NCBI GenBank assembly: GCA_051648545.1
Contig: JBOFFI010000049.1
Span: 12,620-76,619, forward strand
Source of the DNA: Alphaproteobacteria bacterium
Lineage (GTDB): Bacteria; Pseudomonadota; Alphaproteobacteria; Holosporales; JBOFFI01
DNA: 64,000 bases
Direction of reading: 5' to 3'
Position 1 is the first letter of the stretch. Each line of letters starts with the position of its first letter. Under the pieces are notes generated by a model, which was not told the origin of the DNA, searched no databases, and saw nothing but the letters and a program-made list of their open reading frames with translations. Made by a program: the position numbers and the translations under genes. Positions 57,431 to 64,000 of the stretch are shown here, in pieces.

Positions 57431-57590
57431 AGATTATAGCACACGCAACGCAAAAAATGCATCTAGAAAAAGGTCTGCTTCAATGGGCTGTGCCACTATG
57501 GATGAAGGCGTTTAGATTCTTTTTAATTTTTTCTTAAAAGTTTTGCCCATAAACTGAAAATAAATCGTTTTTTAACAAAGGGTTAGATTT

Positions 57591-58727
57591 ATGAAGAAAA
57601 TTTTGAACATGACCATGGCTCTTGTAGGCAGCGCTGTCCTAAGCCCCGAGCTTTATGCAGCAACGACAGGCACAGCAGTAACAGAAGCTGGACGCCCTGC
57701 GGTTGCTCTCCATAATACCGATGGAACCCGTCCCCGCATTTCTTTTCAACCCATCAGCGGAGCTCTTGAAGGTGATTATACCCTCGTTCAAGTGGATGAA
57801 AAAAATCAACAAACGCCCATCCTTAAGCTGACGATCCGCAACAAGAAAATCACCGAAGTGAAAGCCCTTTTAGAGGGGGAAACAGATGAAGGCATAAGTC
57901 TTGTAAACGGCGTTTGGCGTCTTAACAGAGATCAGGTTCCACCAGATTATCTGGAAACTTCTTCAAACCCAAAAGGAACCAAAATTAAACCGGGGAAGCT
58001 TGCTTTCGTGCTGATGGTGAATGAAAAATTTGGTATCCCCTTAAGCTTGGGTCCAAAGGCATGGTCCAACCAACGGACGTCAGAAGGAAAAGCAGAAAAA
58101 CTAGATGCTCTCAATTTTGATTTGAACACAAAGGGTGTCTTGGTTAAATATGCCCCCATGGGAGAGGCTGCCCTCCCTTCCCAAACAGCATTTTTCTTCG
58201 ATCGCAAAGTTCATGGATTCTTAGACAACGCTCCCCTCCTAGAAAAAACAGCCCAGGCAATCGAGGGATATCAAAGCTTTTTTTCACAAAGAAGCCAATA
58301 CATGGCTAACGATGCAGAGAGCGTCACGTTTTCTGCCACACCTGATGCAAGAAAGATGTTCCTTTTTGGTTTAGCAAAAGCCTATCTCCAAAATTTGTTT
58401 AAGGAGCCCACTCATCAACCGTGGGCAGACCGATTCAAAACCATGGGGGAAACAGAGCTTAAAAAACTAGCAGAATCTTCTGTGTCTTGGTTTCAAGAAG
58501 CAACGGTTTTAGGTCGGCGAATCCTAACCGAAAGTGAAAAGAAGACATTTTTTGAAACCATCTTGAGCGCGTTAAAAACCCTCCAAACAGAAATGGTCCA
58601 AACAACCAGGATCAACCCCCCAAAGCCTGCTGCCGTTGAAGCGCCACCTTCTGCGCCTCAAACCCAACCAGCAGCGAAGCCAACTAGGTTTCAAGAGCTC
58701 AAAAACCTGTTCGAAGGGAAAAAGTAA
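57591..58727 (+). CDS. Hypothetical secreted protein (378 aa, orphan)
   Basis: It has a signal peptide ...VLSPELYAA and a Pro/Ala-rich C-terminal segment, PPKPAAVEAPPSAPQTQPAAKP. I do not recognise any motif. Confidence 0.5.
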   Translation: MKKILNMTMALVGSAVLSPELYAATTGTAVTEAGRPAVALHNTDGTRPRISFQPISGALEGDYTLVQVDEKNQQTPILKLTIRNKKITEVKALLEGETDEGISLVNGVWRLNRDQVPPDYLETSSNPKGTKIKPGKLAFVLMVNEKFGIPLSLGPKAWSNQRTSEGKAEKLDALNFDLNTKGVLVKYAPMGEAALPSQTAFFFDRKVHGFLDNAPLLEKTAQAIEGYQSFFSQRSQYMANDAESVTFSATPDARKMFLFGLAKAYLQNLFKEPTHQPWADRFKTMGETELKKLAESSVSWFQEATVLGRRILTESEKKTFFETILSALKTLQTEMVQTTRINPPKPAAVEAPPSAPQTQPAAKPTRFQELKNLFEGKK

Positions 58728-58773
58728 AGCATAAATGCTCTATCCTCAAACCAGCAATAGCTGATTCTCTTTT

Positions 58774-60087
58774 CTAGGCCGCTTGGGAAAAGGGATCAGC
58801 CTCCTCTTCCAAGGGAAGACGACTTGCTTGGAGGTTGGGCCTGTCCAATTTTTCAAAATGGTTGATAGCCCAATGAAACGCAACGGTCGTTGGCAATATA
58901 ATCAACCAAAGCCCAAAATTTCCAAACCACGACGTGAGATACACAAGGCCGAAAGAGGTGACGATAAACATCAACGTTCCTGAAACCGCGTAAATAAAAC
59001 TTACGGATGTAACGCGTTTTAAAACTGGAAAATAGCTGTAAAAAATTGAGAAAGCAGGAAACCCTGAAAAAAAGATAACCACGCCTATCTGCAACCAAAA
59101 AAGTGTGAACCCATTAGCAAGGTAATTTAATACAAAAGGAGCTCCCAAAACCAAAAAATAATAGATAAAAAGATTAAATTTTACAATTTTCAAAGGGTAA
59201 ATTCGATAACTGAGAAAAACAAGAACAACAGAAATGACAAATTGAAGAATTGAAACAAAGAAACTTTGCCGAATCACTTCTTCAGAAGTATAACGGCAAG
59301 TTTCTTTTAAAAATTCAGCGCAAAAAATGTAAGAAAAGTAAAAACCTAAAGGCACAGAAATAAAAATAAATAAAAGCGCAAATATTGTTTTTTTATCTAT
59401 TTTTTTTTGCTCGAAAGTTTTTTTTGTTTTAAGATTTTCTTCCCTCTCTTGTTTCGTTCTAAGAAATTCTGGCGTCTCTCGAAGCCTTGTGCGGGCGACA
59501 GATCCTACCATAGCAATGCCTGCCCCAATCCAAAAAGCTACCCGCCAGTTAAACGTAAAATAAAGCACAAGATTGCTGATTCCCAAAGCTATCATGCTAC
59601 CTAAATCAGCAAAGGCGCTTACCGCTGCAACAACAGGGTAACGCACAGGCAGTTTCGTGCTTTCTGTTAAGTAAACCTCTGCAGAAACAATCTCTCCAAG
59701 GGAAGAAAGCCCCTGTAACATGCGACAGAGGGTTATACCCCATGCTGCTAAAATACCAACTTCTGCATAGGTGGGGAGATTAGCGATAATGATACACGAA
59801 ACTGCCATCATGGAAGTGGTAAACACAACGGTTGTTTTTCTCCCAAAGGTATCCCCAATATATCCAAAAAAAAGAGCGCCAAAAGGCCTTAACACGTAGG
59901 TTGAACAAAACGCCAGTGCTGACAGCAAAGACGCTGTAAAAGGGTCTGTTTTAGGGAAAAAAAGTTCGTTTAAAAGGACCGCCATGTGCACATAGAGCAT
60001 CAGGTCAAAATATTCTAGAAAAGTCCCGATCTGCAAAAGCCCTGCCGCTTCTTTCTGCTCACGGCTGAGGGTTGAAAAAAAGCCCAT
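58774..60087 (-). CDS. MFS transporter, MHS (ProP/KgtP-like) family, paralog 1
   Basis: It has 12 TM helices and the pattern YFDLMLY...RPFGALFFGYIGDTFGRK, typical of metabolite:H+ symporters. Confidence 0.85.
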   Translation of the reverse strand: MGFFSTLSREQKEAAGLLQIGTFLEYFDLMLYVHMAVLLNELFFPKTDPFTASLLSALAFCSTYVLRPFGALFFGYIGDTFGRKTTVVFTTSMMAVSCIIIANLPTYAEVGILAAWGITLCRMLQGLSSLGEIVSAEVYLTESTKLPVRYPVVAAVSAFADLGSMIALGISNLVLYFTFNWRVAFWIGAGIAMVGSVARTRLRETPEFLRTKQEREENLKTKKTFEQKKIDKKTIFALLFIFISVPLGFYFSYIFCAEFLKETCRYTSEEVIRQSFFVSILQFVISVVLVFLSYRIYPLKIVKFNLFIYYFLVLGAPFVLNYLANGFTLFWLQIGVVIFFSGFPAFSIFYSYFPVLKRVTSVSFIYAVSGTLMFIVTSFGLVYLTSWFGNFGLWLIILPTTVAFHWAINHFEKLDRPNLQASRLPLEEEADPFSQAA

Positions 60088-60130
60088 TGAGAAAGCCCTC
60101 CTTTTTTTTGTTTTTATTGATTAGGGACCC

Positions 60131-61444
60131 CTAGGCTGCCTTAGAAAGAAGATCTACACTTTTTTCCAAAGGAAAGTTGCCTTTTTCAAGATTAGGTTTA
60201 TCCAATTTTTCAAAATGGTTGATGGCCCAAGTAAATGCAGCCATCACCGGAACCATAATCACCCAAAGACCAAAATCTCCAAACCACGACGTCAAATATA
60301 CAAGACCAAAGGACGTGACGATATACATCATGGCCCGGGAGATCGCATAGATAAAGCTTACCGATGTAATCCGTTTTAAGACCGGGAAATGGGCATAAAA
60401 GATAGCGTAGGCTGGAAACCCTGATGAAAAAATAGCCACGCAAGCCTGCACCCAAAAAAGCTGTGTTCCGCTCGTGATCTGGCTTAATAAAAAAGGACAG
60501 ATTAACGTGATGAAATAAGCTGTTCGTAGATTAAATTTAACAATCTTTAAAGGGTAAATTTTATAGCTTAAGAACACAACGATCGAAGAGGTGCAAAACT
60601 GGAGCATCGAAACGAATAGATTTTGTTGAATAACCTCTTCAGCCGTATAACGAAAAACGGTTTTGAGTATTTGAGCACAATGGATGTAGGAAAAATAAAA
60701 GCTGATAGGCCAAAAACAAAAAATAAATAGAAGGGCTAGCATGGTTTTTTTATCTATTTTTTTTTGTTCAATAGTTAATTTTTTTTGGAGCTGCTCTGTT
60801 TTATGCTGTTTCATCTTAAGAAATTCAGGAGTTTCCCGAAGTCTGCTACGGGCAAAAGCACCCACCATGGCAATCCCCGCCCCTATCCAAAAAGCCACGC
60901 GCCAGTTAAGCGTAAAGACCAACACGATATTTGCGATGCCCAAGGCGATCATAGAGCCAAATTCTGAAAAAAACCGAACGCTCGCCACAACGGGATAACG
61001 TGCAGGCGGTTTCGTAATTTCTGTCAGGTAAACTTCTGCTCCAATAATTTCACCTAAAGAAGAAATTCCTTGGATAGCACGACAGAGTGTAATTCCCCAA
61101 GCAGCTAAAACCCCAATTTCTGCATAGGTGGGAAGGTTAGCCATCAAAATACAAGAAACAGCCATGAGCGAGGTCGTAAGGGTAACCGTCTGTTTACGCC
61201 CAATGTTGTCTCCAATATAGCCAAAAAGCAAAGCTCCAAAAGGCCTTAACACATAGGTTGAACAAAACGCAAAAGCGGAAATTAAAGACGCCGTAAAGGC
61301 GTCTGTTTTAGGGAAAAAAATCTCATTCAACAACACTGCTAAATGCACATAGAGCATCAGGTCAAAATATTCTAGAAATGTACCTATCTGCAAAAGCCCT
61401 GCCGCTTCTTTCTGCTCACGGTTGAGGGTTGAAAAAAAGCCCAT
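60131..61444 (-). CDS. MFS transporter, MHS (ProP/KgtP-like) family, paralog 2
   Basis: It has the same length (437 aa) and architecture as the neighbouring gene. The first ~40 residues are almost identical. Confidence 0.85.
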   Translation of the reverse strand: MGFFSTLNREQKEAAGLLQIGTFLEYFDLMLYVHLAVLLNEIFFPKTDAFTASLISAFAFCSTYVLRPFGALLFGYIGDNIGRKQTVTLTTSLMAVSCILMANLPTYAEIGVLAAWGITLCRAIQGISSLGEIIGAEVYLTEITKPPARYPVVASVRFFSEFGSMIALGIANIVLVFTLNWRVAFWIGAGIAMVGAFARSRLRETPEFLKMKQHKTEQLQKKLTIEQKKIDKKTMLALLFIFCFWPISFYFSYIHCAQILKTVFRYTAEEVIQQNLFVSMLQFCTSSIVVFLSYKIYPLKIVKFNLRTAYFITLICPFLLSQITSGTQLFWVQACVAIFSSGFPAYAIFYAHFPVLKRITSVSFIYAISRAMMYIVTSFGLVYLTSWFGDFGLWVIMVPVMAAFTWAINHFEKLDKPNLEKGNFPLEKSVDLLSKAA

Positions 61445-61556
61445 TGAGAAAGCGCTCCCTTTTTTTGCTTACTTATTGAATAAAAAAAACAATTAGTCAA
61501 ATTTATTTTTAAAATTCGCTAAAAATTCTCTGGGTTGCTCGCAAAAAATAGTAGGA

Positions 61557-62540
61557 TTACGTTTTAGCCCGGGGGTGTGCACTTTCGTAAACCTTCATCA
61601 ACTGCTGGGCATCTACATGGGTGTAGGTCTGGGTTGATTTAAGGGATGCATGCCCCAAAAGCTCTTGGATATGGCGCAGGTCAGCCCCTGCACCCAGCAA
61701 GTGAGACGCAAAGCTATGGCGAAGGCTATGGGGCGTTGTTTGGGGTGGAAGCCCAAGCAGCGCGCGCTGCTGTTGGACAGTTTTTTGAACGGCCCTTGGT
61801 GCTAAACGCTTTCCTCGATTGCTCCAGAACAGAGGAGATTCATCTGTGCCAGGATAAGGACAGATCTCTTGGTAAGCTTGGATTTTTTCAAAAACTTGAG
61901 GGAGTACAGGCACCAAACGCTCCCGACCTCCCTTACCCAACAGGTGAATATTAAAACCGTCATGATAATACCTTGGAATAGCAATTTGGTTGAGCCCGAG
62001 GGCTTCTGAAATTCGAATGCCACATCCATAAAGCAAGAAAAAAATGGCTAAATCCCGTTTATTTTCCCAAGATTCCTCCATCGTCCCTTCGTCGGTTAGT
62101 AAGCTCAAGGCTTGTTTCTGGGTAAGAGCTCGGGGAAGCTTTTTTGCATACCGTGGGGAGCGCACATCGTAAACCGCTGAAGAAACTTTAAGATCTGAGC
62201 GTTGGAGAAAATCAAACAACGTTCGAAAGGTAGAAAGCGCGCGAGCATTTGAGCGCGCCTGGGTGCCTTGGCGTAGCTGATCTGCCATAAAAGCCCTAAG
62301 GGCTGTGCGATCTAGATCTAACAGGTAGGAAAGGGAAACAGGCCCGCCTGTATAAGAAACCAAGAATTGAAAAAGATCTTTTATATCAAACAGGTAAGAA
62401 AAAACAGTGTGGAGAGACAAACGGCGTTCATCCTTTAACCACTGAACAAACCGAAAAACTAACCCATCCAAAGGCGGCGAACAAAGCTCATGAAAAAGCT
62501 CTAAGTGTTTTGAAAGAAGGACTTCTTTGGTTGGCTCCAT
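61557..62540 (-). CDS. xerC: Tyrosine recombinase XerC
   Basis: It has the catalytic region HSLRHSFASHLLGAGADLRHIQELLGHASLKSTQTYTHV and an XerC-like C-terminus, VYESAHPRAK. Confidence 0.8.
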   Translation of the reverse strand: MEPTKEVLLSKHLELFHELCSPPLDGLVFRFVQWLKDERRLSLHTVFSYLFDIKDLFQFLVSYTGGPVSLSYLLDLDRTALRAFMADQLRQGTQARSNARALSTFRTLFDFLQRSDLKVSSAVYDVRSPRYAKKLPRALTQKQALSLLTDEGTMEESWENKRDLAIFFLLYGCGIRISEALGLNQIAIPRYYHDGFNIHLLGKGGRERLVPVLPQVFEKIQAYQEICPYPGTDESPLFWSNRGKRLAPRAVQKTVQQQRALLGLPPQTTPHSLRHSFASHLLGAGADLRHIQELLGHASLKSTQTYTHVDAQQLMKVYESAHPRAKT

Positions 62541-62556
62541 GGGTAGGTATACGCCT

Positions 62557-63933
62557 TTATTCCTGGCCTAAATCCCTTGGCTCAAAGAATTTTTTAAATT
62601 TTTTGAAACCGTCCGGACCAACAACCAAAACAACCCGATCATAAGGGTGAAGCGTTAATTCAAGGGATGCAAAAATCACAGTGTTTTGCCTGACAACCGC
62701 CAAAACCTCAAGGTCTTTGTGTTGGTTCAATTCATGGACACCAATCCCCGAAGCATAACACGTTGCAGCAACTTCTGTTTCAACAATTTCACCTTGGCTG
62801 TCCCCTAGGGGATAAATAGCATTGATATAGTGACGCCGCACCCTTTGCAAAATGGTTGCGATGGTAATGGTGGAGGGAATCAAAATTTTATCAACCCCCA
62901 AAGAATGAACCAGGTGAACATAACCTCGACGGTTCACCAAGGCGATTGTGCGTTTGGCCCCATAGCGTTTGGCGAGAAGGGAAGCAAGGATGTTGGTTTT
63001 ATCATCATTGGTTACCGCCACCACTGTATCAACGTTCTCTAAACCTGCTTCTTGGAGAAGGGTCGTATCCAGGCCATCTCCTTGGAGGATGAGGGTTTTG
63101 TTAAGCTGGCTCACAAGAAATCTGGCACGCTCTTTTTGGAGTTCAATCACACTGCAGGAAAGGTGAGAGGAAGATTGCTCAATCTCTTCAGCCAGTTTAA
63201 GCCCTATTTTGCCGCCCCCAACAATCAAAAGCCTTCGTGCGATTTCTTCCGCATACCCCAATGCAGCCATCACTTCTTGGGCCTGAACTGTTTTGGTCAA
63301 GATGAAAATCTCATCCCCAAGGGTAATCTCGTCTCTCGGAGAAACAGATAACATCGTACGATTGCGAAAAATCCGAAAAATACGCATCGATAAATGGGGG
63401 AAGAGCGCTTCTAATCGTTCAATAGGTGTATAGAGTACAGGGCTATTGGGAAGGATCTTAATACCCAAAACCTGAAGTAATCCATCGGCAAAAGACATCA
63501 CTTCAAAAGCATGGGGAATCTGCAAGTGTCGATGGATAGATTTAGCGACTTCTGCCTCAGGAGAGATTAACACATCCACAGGGAAATGTTCAGGATTCAA
63601 AAATTGCGCCATCTCGGGTTTGAAATAATGAGCATGACGAATCTGGGCAATCTTGAGTTGAGTCTTAAAAAGAGAGTGTGCAATTTGACACGCGACAATG
63701 TTGCTTTCGTCTGAGTCTGTCACCGCGATAAGGATAGAAGATTGAGAAAGGCCTGCCAGCTTCAAAACCTCTGGATCAGAAGGGTTGCCGTGAACCGTTT
63801 GGATATCAACATGTTCTGAAACATCATGGAGCGTTTGTGCAAAATTATCGACAAGGGCAACATCATATTCTTCACTTAAGTATTGCGCAATACTGAAACC
63901 TACATGCCCTCCTCCGCAGATTATAACCTTCAT
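62557..63933 (-). CDS. trkA: Trk system potassium uptake protein TrkA
   Basis: It has two tandem RCK/NAD-binding modules (MKVIICGGGHVGFSIAQ and LLIVGGGKIGLKLA) and is 458 aa. Confidence 0.9.
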   Translation of the reverse strand: MKVIICGGGHVGFSIAQYLSEEYDVALVDNFAQTLHDVSEHVDIQTVHGNPSDPEVLKLAGLSQSSILIAVTDSDESNIVACQIAHSLFKTQLKIAQIRHAHYFKPEMAQFLNPEHFPVDVLISPEAEVAKSIHRHLQIPHAFEVMSFADGLLQVLGIKILPNSPVLYTPIERLEALFPHLSMRIFRIFRNRTMLSVSPRDEITLGDEIFILTKTVQAQEVMAALGYAEEIARRLLIVGGGKIGLKLAEEIEQSSSHLSCSVIELQKERARFLVSQLNKTLILQGDGLDTTLLQEAGLENVDTVVAVTNDDKTNILASLLAKRYGAKRTIALVNRRGYVHLVHSLGVDKILIPSTITIATILQRVRRHYINAIYPLGDSQGEIVETEVAATCYASGIGVHELNQHKDLEVLAVVRQNTVIFASLELTLHPYDRVVLVVGPDGFKKFKKFFEPRDLGQE

Positions 63934-64000
63934 GCCGCCACCCTTTCGAATAATCTTTGGAGAGAGTCTAGCAAATCTTTCAAAAAAATTAAATCCCTTC

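Overview
The window is about 90% coding and mostly housekeeping genes of an alphaproteobacterium. Alphaproteobacterial markers are the hemC-hemD-Mic60-like-hemY cluster, a short-form psd-pssA pair, a CckA-type hybrid kinase, ctaE-SURF1 and an NDUFS6-like zf-CHCC protein. Several genes suggest an obligate intracellular, probably protist-associated lifestyle (Rickettsiales/Holosporales-like; this is inference). These are a TLC-family ATP/ADP translocase, a NupC nucleoside transporter, an adenosine-kinase-like PfkB protein, tandem ProP-like MFS paralogs and a eukaryote-like F-box/LRR protein. I support 59 protein-coding genes and 3 tRNAs (Cys-GCA, Leu-GAG, Arg-CCG). I also support a few intrinsic terminators, one coding tandem-repeat block and one palindromic intergenic element. 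I see no CRISPR array, rRNA, transposase, integrase or recognisable defence, toxin-antitoxin or biosynthetic cluster. I cannot support a multi-gene novel system. The region most worth follow-up is 9.2-12.8 kb on the minus strand. It holds an orphan lipoprotein secretin whose N-terminus is a TPR module, then a 440-bp gap with an unclassified structured or palindromic element, then an F-box plus 26-residue LRR protein built from near-identical DNA repeats. Secondary oddities are listed here:
- hemC has no canonical start codon (a likely AUU start).
- An ABC-3 permease and its metal-binding protein lie in one frame with no stop between them.
- An XRE/S24-like regulator has both catalytic-dyad positions substituted.
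- The two MFS paralogs have near-identical 5' ends.
- Several orphan secreted proteins sit in stretches that look AT-rich by eye.
All family calls come from motif recognition by eye; no database search was run.
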